Shown here piece by piece: positions 1 through 7,615 of a DNA stretch of 64,000 nucleotides. The position numbers and the translations under genes were made by a program. Where the stretch lies: positions 590,934-654,933 of the forward strand of contig JBFWNU010000004.1 of NCBI GenBank assembly GCA_050250895.1, in the 5' to 3' direction. This stretch comes from Vulcanimicrobiota bacterium (GTDB lineage Bacteria; Vulcanimicrobiota; Xenobia; Xenobiales; JADMJV01). The first letter of the stretch is position 1; each line of letters begins with the position of its first letter. The notes under the pieces were generated by a model. That model searched no databases and had not been told where the DNA came from. It saw nothing but the letters and a program-made list of their open reading frames with translations.

Positions 1-15
1 TGGCCGAGAACAAAT

Positions 16-45
16 AAAAAAACCACCCGGAGGCGACCCGGGTGG
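16..45 (-). terminator. Intrinsic terminator of the repeat-protein operon
   Basis: Perfect 8-bp stem CCACCCGG (23-30) / CCGGGTGG (38-45) with a 7-nt loop, followed on the minus strand by T7 (A-run 16-22). Lies just after the stop at 55. Confidence 0.85.
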
Positions 46-54
46 CGAGGAGAT

Positions 55-1188
55 TCACTTCTTGGCGTTGGACCACAAGACTTTGTTGTCTTCGCCAAGG
101 ACTCGGAGGTTTTCCACACCGTTGACCTTGATTTGGCTGCCTCCTTTCCCCTGAGAGTAGAGTACTTTTCCGTCGGCTCCGACCAGGGAAAAGTTCTGGC
201 CGTTGCCGTTGATGTCGGCTGAATCCTTACCAAGCCCGCCATTGAGAGAGACCTTGTCGCGGCCCTGGCTGACGTCGTAGGTCAGATGATCGTTGCCCCA
301 GCCTCCATTCATCTCGATTTTGTCGTTGCCCCGGCCGCCGCCGGCGCGAAGTTCATCGTTACCCAGTCCTCCTTTCTGGACGATATGATCGTTGCCGTTG
401 CCGCCCGAGGCGGCCAGTTTATCATTGCCCCATCCTCCTCTTTGTTCGATGTCGTCGCGGCCGCGGCCGCCGGTAGCCAATTGCTCATCGTTGCCCAGGC
501 CACCGCGCTGGCGGATCCGGTCACTACCGTCGCCACCGTCGGCCACTTGCTGGTCGTTGCCCAGGCCGCCGTGCTGGTCGATGCGATCCCGGCCGCGCCC
601 GCCCAGCCCGACCTGGAAGTCGTCGCCCCAGCCGCCGCGCTGGCTGATGTGGTCGTTGCCGCCATCACCGGAGGCATACTGCTGATCGCGTCCCAGGCCA
701 CCCCGCTGGTGGATGTGGTCGTTGCCGCCGCCAGTCACGGCGGCCTGCAGGTCGTCACCCAGGCCGCCGCGCTGGTGCACACGATCGGCCCCGGCGCTGC
801 CGCCGGCAATCTGGGTGTCGCTGCCCCAACTGCCACCCTGCGAGACCCGCCCGCCGTTGGTGTTGACCTGATAAGGGCCTTTGAACCCCTCGGGGTTGGC
901 CACCGCCAGAGCTGACGAGCCGTTGTGGGCGGTAGCCGCGGCGGTGCCGTCATTGGCCGCCGCCAGGGCGAAGTTGAAGCCGCCCATAATGTCGTTGAGG
1001 TTGCGGTTGAGTAGCTGATTGATGGTGAACTTGCCGTTCTGGTTCCAGCCCAGCGACAGCCCCAGGGCGGTGCCACCCGGGCCGGCCTGGGCCAGGGCCC
1101 CGGCCGAGTTGGCCGTCGACCCGGCCGCGGCCGTGCCCTTGTTCTCGGCCTGGGTGAAGGCCAGCGGAAGTTGGTTAGCGATCAACAT
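55..1188 (-). CDS. RTX-like (GGxGxD) Ca-binding repeat protein with N-terminal Ala-rich repeats
   Basis: About 16 tandem 11-aa units such as QRGGLGNDEQL/ATGGRGRDDIE. C-terminal 'IKVNGVENLRV' resembles RTX-type C-termini. SD TAAGGAG precedes the ATG. Confidence 0.8.
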   Translation of the reverse strand: MLIANQLPLAFTQAENKGTAAAGSTANSAGALAQAGPGGTALGLSLGWNQNGKFTINQLLNRNLNDIMGGFNFALAAANDGTAAATAHNGSSALAVANPEGFKGPYQVNTNGGRVSQGGSWGSDTQIAGGSAGADRVHQRGGLGDDLQAAVTGGGNDHIHQRGGLGRDQQYASGDGGNDHISQRGGWGDDFQVGLGGRGRDRIDQHGGLGNDQQVADGGDGSDRIRQRGGLGNDEQLATGGRGRDDIEQRGGWGNDKLAASGGNGNDHIVQKGGLGNDELRAGGGRGNDKIEMNGGWGNDHLTYDVSQGRDKVSLNGGLGKDSADINGNGQNFSLVGADGKVLYSQGKGGSQIKVNGVENLRVLGEDNKVLWSNAKK

Positions 1189-1198
1189 GGCGTGCTCC

Positions 1199-1357
1199 TT
1201 ACTTGTGACGAATCTCGATGACGATCTCGCCGGGGCCGGCCACCGCCTCGGCTTTGGCTCCCCCTGAAGCCGAGGCGATGGCGATCGATCCCTGGCAGTG
1301 CTCTGGCATGACCAGAGGCCGGCTGGCTAGCAGTTTCTTGATCCACTCGCGATCCAT
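1199..1357 (-). CDS. Unannotated 52-aa protein (MDREWIKKLLASRPLVMPEHCQGSIAIASASGGAKAEAVAGPGEIVIEIRHK)
   Basis: Hand-translated. ATG overlaps the upstream stop (TAATG), GGAGG lies 6-7 nt upstream, and its TAA is part of the next gene's SD. Contains a copy of the neighbours' repeat. Confidence 0.75.
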   Translation of the reverse strand: MDREWIKKLLASRPLVMPEHCQGSIAIASASGGAKAEAVAGPGEIVIEIRHK

Positions 1358-2343
1358 TAGCGACCTCCCGCATTGCTGTCGGCACGACCGAACAAGAGGG
1401 CGTCGGCCACGGCTCCACCGCCCCAGTCGGCCCGGCTGCGGGCTGACGAGAACAGGTCGGCGCGAGCCACCGAGTTGGAGCCGTGGAAAGCGCTGGCATC
1501 GGCACTCGACCAGTCATCGGCCTGAGCGGCGGCCCCGCTCCGATTGGCGGCCAGGGCGTTGGCGCTGGAACGGTCGTCGGCGTCGGCGAAGGCCTGGGAG
1601 TGGAAGTCGGCTCGACTGGTAGCCCGCGAGCCGTCGTCGGCTACCGCATCGGCCCGAGACAGGCCGGTAGCGTGGGCGCGAGCGCTGGAATGGTCGGAGG
1701 CGAAGGCGTTGGCCAGCGAGTCGATGCTGGGGCCGGTCGAGCTGTCGTCGGCGATGGCGGTGGCGTTGGAGTGGTTGATGGCGCCAGCGTTGGCAAACGA
1801 GGCCACGTTGGCGTTCGAGTCCGCCCGGGAATGGTTGATGGCGTTGGCCGTGGCGCCCGAGCCGGCGTTGGCCCTGGCATTGGCCGAGGAGAACCAGTCG
1901 GCGTTGGAGCTGGCGCTGGAGTTGTTGGTGGCGGTCGAGGTGGCCCGCGACAGGTCGTCGGCCCTGGCCGAGGCGCTCGAGTTGTTGCTGGCCGTGGCCC
2001 GCGAGCTGGACAGGTCGGTGGCTCGGGAGACCGCCGTCGAGTTGTTGGAGGCGCTGGCGTTCGAGCTGCTATGATTGGCCGCCGAGGCGACCGAGGTGGA
2101 GCCGTTTCGGGCCGTCGAGGTGGCCGAGCTGCCGCCGCTGGCGCTCGACACGGCCAGGTTGCCGCCGCTCATCGCGTTGCTCAGCACGCTGTTGATGCCA
2201 GAGTTGACGGCCCAGCCCGATTTCCAGGGCAGCCCGGAGCCACCGGCCTGGGTCGAGGCGGCGCCGCCGGTCTGAGTGGGAGCGGCCACGCGAGCGGTGG
2301 GGCGGGCGGTCTGGGCGGGAGAGTTCTGAATTGCTAGAGCCAT
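1357..2343 (-). CDS. Ala/Ser/Asn/Asp-rich decapeptide-repeat protein (predicted beta-solenoid)
   Basis: About 25 repeats of A-x-x-x-S-x-[AS]-x-[AS]-x (ASNNSSASAR, ADDLSRATST, ADWFSSANAR...). Strong SD AAGGAGG. No Sec signal peptide. Confidence 0.8.
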   Translation of the reverse strand: MALAIQNSPAQTARPTARVAAPTQTGGAASTQAGGSGLPWKSGWAVNSGINSVLSNAMSGGNLAVSSASGGSSATSTARNGSTSVASAANHSSSNASASNNSTAVSRATDLSSSRATASNNSSASARADDLSRATSTATNNSSASSNADWFSSANARANAGSGATANAINHSRADSNANVASFANAGAINHSNATAIADDSSTGPSIDSLANAFASDHSSARAHATGLSRADAVADDGSRATSRADFHSQAFADADDRSSANALAANRSGAAAQADDWSSADASAFHGSNSVARADLFSSARSRADWGGGAVADALLFGRADSNAGGR

Positions 2344-2379
2344 TTGTTTGGCCTCCTTCGGTGTTGTTTAACTTGGTCA

Positions 2380-2444
2380 CAGAATAGGCCACCGCATGAC
2401 GTGCTCGATAAAATCGGATCAAAAATTGTAAACGGCATGTAAAC
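2380..2444 (-). promoter_or_regulatory. Promoter with tandem GTTTACA boxes (copy 1 of shared motif)
   Basis: GTTTACA-N4-GTTTACA-N11-GATTTTATCG-N4-CGTC-N9-CCTATTCTG. Same spacing as at 10835-10899. Confidence 0.65.
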
Positions 2445-2658
2445 TTCAGGTGAAACTTGCAGGCGGGGTTGGCTGAGATACCTGAGAAAACGGAGCAGCA
2501 CCCACCGGGGGAGCCCCGGCTTCGATCACCGCAACATTGACCAAACAGGCCGCCACGGCACTTGCCGGGGACCGAGCCTACCACAGGACTCGAGTCGGCT
2601 GGGAAGAAATCAGAGACCGTGTTTGCGAGGTCGGGGCGACGACGCAAACGGGGAGGTC

Positions 2659-3162
2659 ATGGAACTTCAACTGAATGACGCATTGTCTCTATTGGGAGCG
2701 GTGGTAACGGTGGCTCTCACCATTTTCATGATGACGCGCGTGCCGAAGCCGGCCGGCAACGCACCGAGAGCGACCTTTCCGGCCCCGAAGAACATTCGTA
2801 TGGGGCGTCACCCCATCTTGAGGACCCAGGAGGCCGGCCTGGATCTGGTGCGACACAAGCAACAGATGCACTTTGAGTATCAGGGAAAGCGGGTGCAAGT
2901 CGAAGCCAAGGGTAACGCCGAGGTTCTGATCCTGATGCTGTGGAGCGCCATCGAGAGCCAGGGGTCGCCCGCCGTTCCGACCGAAACCGGTCCAGGGATC
3001 TGGCACTGGCGGTGGACCTTCGGAGGCGGGACCAGTGACGTCGGTCCGGAATTGATCCACTATGATACGGGAGAGGCGCAGGTGACTCTCGATGCTTCTG
3101 GAGCCCTCCTGACTCTCGAGACGGTCAAGGAGTCTCGTGCGCGACCGAGTGGGCCGCCGTAG
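2659..3162 (+). CDS. Hypothetical protein with N-terminal TM helix
   Basis: GGAGG before ATG 2659. Hydrophobic stretch LSLLGAVVTVALTIFMM. Confidence 0.6.
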   Translation: MELQLNDALSLLGAVVTVALTIFMMTRVPKPAGNAPRATFPAPKNIRMGRHPILRTQEAGLDLVRHKQQMHFEYQGKRVQVEAKGNAEVLILMLWSAIESQGSPAVPTETGPGIWHWRWTFGGGTSDVGPELIHYDTGEAQVTLDASGALLTLETVKESRARPSGPP

Positions 3163-3170
3163 ACCTGACG

Positions 3171-3277
3171 TGCCCAACCGACTCTGGGCTTGACGTCCAT
3201 CAAGTGGTCTTTTACCGCCGCGGCGGGTCTACCGTGCCAGACAACCTGATCGTGGTCTGTTGGTCTGCCACGCCAAC
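3171..3277 (+). pseudogene. Relic of an HNH endonuclease domain
   Basis: Frameshifted translation CPNRLW/LDVHQVVFYRRGGSTVPDNLIVVC../CHAN matches CPHRLWLDVHHVVFYCRGGPTVPENLVVVCSRCHKN in the intact gene at 5625-6683. Confidence 0.75.
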
Positions 3278-3473
3278 GGGCGCGACCTGGAACGGGAAGA
3301 ACCGGTAGGAGTCATCGATTGGCTAGCGCCCTCGCCCAGGACTGGATGACGGTTCCGAAGGACGGATGGGTTCCGCCCGCAAGCCCGGACGATGATGCGG
3401 GGTTACTCTCTCCCCGCAGAACCGAACGGACGGCTACACGGATACCCTTTGTCAATACAACGGAGGTACTGCG

Positions 3474-3695
3474 ATGATAAAAACGTTAACCAAGCATGGG
3501 AACAGTCACGCCTTGATCCTCGACCGCGCCATAATGGAATTACTCGAGATTGACGGCAATACGCCGATCAAGATCACTACGGACGGGAAACAGCTCATCC
3601 TGACGCCGATTCGCGAGCCTCAAACGGACCTAAAGAAAGCCCTTACCCGGGTGAACCAACGTCACGGTGGAGCCCTCCGGCGTCTGGCCGAGTAG
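3474..3695 (+). CDS. AbrB/MazE-family antitoxin-like DNA-binding protein
   Basis: KHGNSHALIL...ITTDGKQLILTP signature. GGAGG SD. Confidence 0.85.
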   Translation: MIKTLTKHGNSHALILDRAIMELLEIDGNTPIKITTDGKQLILTPIREPQTDLKKALTRVNQRHGGALRRLAE

Positions 3696-3767
3696 TTCGT
3701 CTTCAGGGGTCGATGACTGGCGTTCTACCCTGACGGAGAAAATCGGCCGTGGCAACCTTATCGACCA

Positions 3768-3891
3768 CCCAGGCGACCTGCGGGCTGTAGACGTCCGGCC
3801 CACGGCTCCAACGGCAAGCCTCGCGCAGTGCCCTCGCAACCCGAGCGAGTCCCCACGGCGATCCGCCGTTGAGAATGGGTGCAATGCCTTG
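3768..3891 (+). repeat. Non-coding repeat A, copy 1 (124 bp)
   Basis: Matches 8347-8470 with 3 mismatches. Contains several hairpins, e.g. ACGGCG-ATC-CGCCGT. Confidence 0.9.
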
Positions 3892-3967
3892 GAAACGCCA
3901 ATTTGGAGACTCGGATGCGACCGATGGCATCCTCCTTGGCGCCCTTTTGGAGCTGCAAGACTAAGGG
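3891..3967 (+). repeat. Non-coding repeat B, copy 1
   Basis: GGAAACGCCAATTTGGAGACTC...GCAAGACTAAGGG recurs at 8938-9025 with an 11-nt insertion. Confidence 0.85.
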
Positions 3968-4049
3968 TCTGTCAGTAAGAGTCGCATTCCGGGTGTCGAG
4001 GCGCCCCTGTGGCAAGGCGCGTCTGACCGCGCATATGGCAATATGTAAG

Positions 4050-4820
4050 GGAAGCGCAACGCAGCCCCAGACTGAACTTGTCGAGACGAAAGAATTTTTT
4101 GAGAATCTCAACGGCTTGTGGATAGGACATTTGGCTGGCAAGCAGGGCCATCACTTCTTGAAGGTCAGGTAGGGCGCTGTGCTTGCCGTCTAGGCCCGCA
4201 GAAGGTCGAGAGGAACGGCAGAGTGACCACAATCGCCGTGGTAGGCGCGCTGGATCTGGATCTGGCCGAGTTTGGTCTTCACCGATTTCTTGACATCCCC
4301 CTGGAACTCGAGCTCCTGATCGCAGTCGTGGCAGCACATACGGCTGCGGTAGAACCCTTGATAATGCCCCAAGACGGCCTCCATCAGCCCGCGCCCGAGT
4401 GAGAAGACGACCTCAGGGATGAATTCCTGGAGGAGTCCGGGAAGCTCCTTCTCTTGGTTGCGAACGAGCGCTTCATTAAAGCGAAGGAATACGGTGCGAA
4501 AGCATTCCCCCGCTAGCGAGACTATCTGGTTCCAGAGGCGGTCGGCACGGCGGGGTAGTCCGACGCGCGGACCCGGGCCATTTCACGTTAGATGGGCTGC
4601 GGTTCGGCAGCCATTCGGGACTTACACTGAGTCGACTGTTCCGTAGGATTTTCGGGGATTCGATCGCGAACTTTACCGCTCGGCGTTGCACTGGCAATCG
4701 GGATGATATTCATTGTTGGCCTCCTCTTGAAGTGGGTGTTTTAGTCTACAGTCAACTTCAAGTTCGGAGGCCATTTCCTTGCCCTTCGAGAGGATCAAAC
4801 CCCACAAAATGACGTCCCAG
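4050..4820 (-). mobile_element. Truncated, frameshifted IS transposase relic (ISKra4-like); boundaries approximate
   Basis: Fragments CCHDCDQELEFQGDVKKSVKTKLGQIQIQRAYHGDCGHSAVPLDLL and PDLQEVMALLASQMSYPQAVEILKKF. ATG 4713 with GGAGG SD inside an inverted repeat (4718-4772). Internal stops; no catalytic C-terminal half. Confidence 0.6.
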
Positions 4821-4893
4821 AGGGTTTACCGAGAAATCGGATCAGCAACCAATAGCACTTGACAATACGTGATCGGAAAACTACTATCGCATC

Positions 4894-5367
4894 ATGTCTC
4901 GCAGTGACGTTATCTGTGCGTGTTGCCATCAGGAAGTGTATCGAAGCGATGAAACGTACGCGGGCCTATCCGGTGGTGCTTGCATCGAACTCGACCTCGA
5001 TGAAGATCTTGAGCTATACCGAAGACTTGTGCAAAGGGCCTCAGGTTTTCTCGAAATCTGGTGGCGCTCACCCTATTCCAAGGGCGAAGGGGGCAGTCTT
5101 GAGAAGGCGAAGATTGTTGAAGATGGGCATCACGGTCAATTCGATTTGGCTTTCTGTTCCACGATTTGTCTTCGTTCCTACTTGAATTCACGCGTGGATG
5201 CTCTCGAGGGCGTTGTCCAAAGTTGGTATCTAAGTCGTGTTCGGTTCACCCTGGAGCAAGGGGATGATTCAAAGGCGATCAGCGAATGGCAGAGCTATTT
5301 CGGGTGCTCTCGACAAGAGGCCGAGGAAGTTGTTGCGAATTTGAAAGACGGCAATACTTCACAGTAG
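4894..5367 (+). CDS. Hypothetical protein (Cys motifs; C-terminal L7/L12-CTD-like helix pair)
   Basis: Lower GC than the core genes. CACC and FCSTICLR motifs. KAISEWQSYFGCSRQEAEEVV tail. TACTAT 6 nt before the ATG. Confidence 0.6.
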   Translation: MSRSDVICACCHQEVYRSDETYAGLSGGACIELDLDEDLELYRRLVQRASGFLEIWWRSPYSKGEGGSLEKAKIVEDGHHGQFDLAFCSTICLRSYLNSRVDALEGVVQSWYLSRVRFTLEQGDDSKAISEWQSYFGCSRQEAEEVVANLKDGNTSQ

Positions 5368-5467
5368 CGTTCTCCTTCGTAACTGAACGCACCGTGGCGC
5401 TGGCGCGCCCTTTGCCCCAAGAGCGCTCGTCAGGGCCGCGAGGCAGAGGCAAAGACTGCAACGGAGA

Positions 5468-5496
5468 AGGGCGTGACCGTCGCCGAAAGGCGCTCG
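5468..5496 (+). repeat. 29-bp hairpin repeat C, copy 1
   Basis: AGGGCGTGACCGTCGCCGAAAGGCGCTCG. Copy at 7489-7517 has 2 mismatches. GAAA tetraloop. Confidence 0.75.
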
Positions 5497-5624
5497 GGCG
5501 CAGTTCAGACCACGTTGAACCTGATGGAACTGCGAACGAAACGAGCGCGCCCGGGGGCGACGGCTCAGCGACCCCCACAGCCAGAAAAGGTCTGGTATCG
5601 GGGGTACTTCTCCGTCGCCGCAAC

Positions 5625-6683
5625 TTAGCCAGCTCGAGCCCATTCCAGCAGCCATTCCAATAGCCCGCTCTCTCGCTCGCGTTCAAGCTCGCGCCCGCGA
5701 CGGTCGCGCCAGACCAGCCCCTGGGGAGCAACCCCGCTCACTTGCAGGATGCCTTTGTGGATGTTCTTGTGGCAGCGCGAGCACACCACGACGAGATTCT
5801 CTGGCACCGTCGGTCCGCCCCGACAGTAAAAGACTACGTGATGCACATCGAGCCAGAGTCGGTGCGGGCAACCCGGACAAGAGCAGCGGTAGCCATCCCG
5901 CCGCAGCACGGCCCGGCGCTGGGCGGAAGTCGCCTGCCGCTTGCTGGGATTGAACCTCAACCGACCGGCCAACTGCAACTTCGTCTCGCCCGGACACACG
6001 TGTGTCTGCATTGCCAGCGCCTCGACCGGAGCGACCAGGTCCTGGGCGGCTTCAACCTTGAGTTGCTCCACCTGGCCGCCCAGAAAGTCGGCCAGGATCC
6101 ATTCGAACGCCTCGGCCGGATTGACCGTGCCGCCGTTGTCTCTCGAGATTACGGTCACCGCTCGCGACCACAGCTCGGACACCTCGGGAGCGACCCGAAA
6201 ACGAAGCTCGACCTCTTCTACCATATTCAGGGCCGCCTCGGCCGGAGTGTCACCGCGATTGGCCCCGCTCACTAAACGAGCCAGGCGATGAGGCTTGAGG
6301 CGCACCGCCAGGTCAAGCCAGGCCTCTTCGGTCTCGGGCGTCACGATGCGGGTGACTACGCGCAGGTTGGACCAGCAGATTCGGTTCTCTTCGCAGGCTT
6401 TGGAAAACAGCGGCAGCTCTTCGAGATGGCCGGCGATCCGCATCGAATCTAGTGCCTCGCGCTTCTCTACTTTGATCAGCCGGGCGAAATGGATAGCCGA
6501 GTGGCAGCCGGTCTCGGCGCAAAAATCGGTGCGCTCGATAACCAATAGACATCGTCCCAGCAGGATGCGAGTCAGGGCCAGGGTGTTGGCCAGGCGACGG
6601 ATCACCCTTTCCAGCCGCTCGTGAGGGAGCTTGCTCAAGTTTTCGACGGTCCAGAATTCGCGTTGCTTTTGATCGGTAATCAT
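5625..6683 (-). CDS. DUF222-like / HNH endonuclease
   Basis: RRDGYRCSCPGC...LDVHHVV...GG.T.PENLVVVCSRCHKNIH. Helical N-terminal region. Likely start MITDQ at 6683. Confidence 0.85.
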   Translation of the reverse strand: MITDQKQREFWTVENLSKLPHERLERVIRRLANTLALTRILLGRCLLVIERTDFCAETGCHSAIHFARLIKVEKREALDSMRIAGHLEELPLFSKACEENRICWSNLRVVTRIVTPETEEAWLDLAVRLKPHRLARLVSGANRGDTPAEAALNMVEEVELRFRVAPEVSELWSRAVTVISRDNGGTVNPAEAFEWILADFLGGQVEQLKVEAAQDLVAPVEALAMQTHVCPGETKLQLAGRLRFNPSKRQATSAQRRAVLRRDGYRCSCPGCPHRLWLDVHHVVFYCRGGPTVPENLVVVCSRCHKNIHKGILQVSGVAPQGLVWRDRRGRELERERESGLLEWLLEWARAG

Positions 6684-6689
6684 AAGTCC

Positions 6690-6719
6690 ATGATAGCCTT
6701 TGCCCCCGTTGTTCGTCAA
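6690..6719 (-). promoter_or_regulatory. Sigma70-like promoter of the HNH gene (leaderless)
   Basis: TTGACG-N18-TATCAT-N6-ATG. Confidence 0.55.
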
Positions 6720-7053
6720 AGATTCGATGCGGCCCAAACCCTTATTTTACAGGCAATTGCGCATTTTCTAAACGATGATTATTCGAGCTTTTCGGGGCCG
6801 AAATGAAGTTTTCTTCAAACACGGCTGTTCAAGTGCCTGAGGGGGTCCTGGAGGGGCTATCACGAGCAGTTTAGGGGCGAGGCTCCTCCCGGGCGGTTGG
6901 GCGGCCGCATCTGAAAAAAGTTTGACACACGTGTGCGCGGCGCGGGGTTAGACGATCTGGTGGAGTCGTTAGCCACGACAATGATGGCAACATGATCGCA
7001 CGGGTTCTCGACCCGAGCGGTACGCCAGCGACGACCAACTTCGAGCTGGATGT

Positions 7054-7395
7054 TCATGAGCGTCTCAACATTTCTTCCATGTGATGGCGAGTCAAAAGCG
7101 ATTTTCAGGGCGTCAAGCTCCCGGGTATTCAGCTTGGAAAGCTGCTGTAGAAGGCCGGCTAGCTCTACGTCTTCGACCGCCATCCCAGCGATCACACCTT
7201 TATCATCCAACAGCAGTTGTTCTACGGGACTTCGAGAGCTTCGGCGACCTTTTCCAAAGTGCCCATGCGAGGATTCACACGATCCGTTTCCCAGCTGGCG
7301 ACATAACTCTGCGAAACGCCAACGAGATCAGCCAGTTCCCGCTGCTTGAGGCCTTTCTGCTTGCGGTGTTTCGCGATGATCTGACCGATGCTCAC
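7054..7395 (-). pseudogene. XRE-family HTH regulator, frameshifted
   Basis: GTG 7395 gives SIGQIIAKHRKQKGLKQRELADLVGVSQSYVASWETDRVNPRMGTLEKVAEALEVP*. Continues after a 1-nt shift as EQLLLDDKG...LLQQLSKLNTRELDALK. Confidence 0.75.
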
Positions 7396-7488
7396 CTCTT
7401 AGGAAATCCTGTAAGAATGACGTGACTCCTCGTAGCCTAGTCACTAAACGAAATAAGGTCGCGGTTACTCCAGGAATGTAATTACAAG

Positions 7489-7517
7489 AGGGCGTGAGCG
7501 TCGCTGAAAGGCGCTCG
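7489..7517 (+). repeat. 29-bp hairpin repeat C, copy 2
   Basis: AGGGCGTGAGCGTCGCTGAAAGGCGCTCG. Confidence 0.75.
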
Positions 7518-7615
7518 AGAGAGAGCCAACTCGCCAGATTCACCAACCCTTCCCTTCCTCGCCTTTTGCGGCTCGGCGGCCGAGTGCCGACTCCGGGAAC
7601 TTGGAGCCGCCGTGC

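Noticed and set aside
1483-2337. Plus-strand Gly/Val-rich and LALE-rich ORFs
   Set aside because: Antisense reflections of the decapeptide repeat gene, which has the SD, promoter and operon context.
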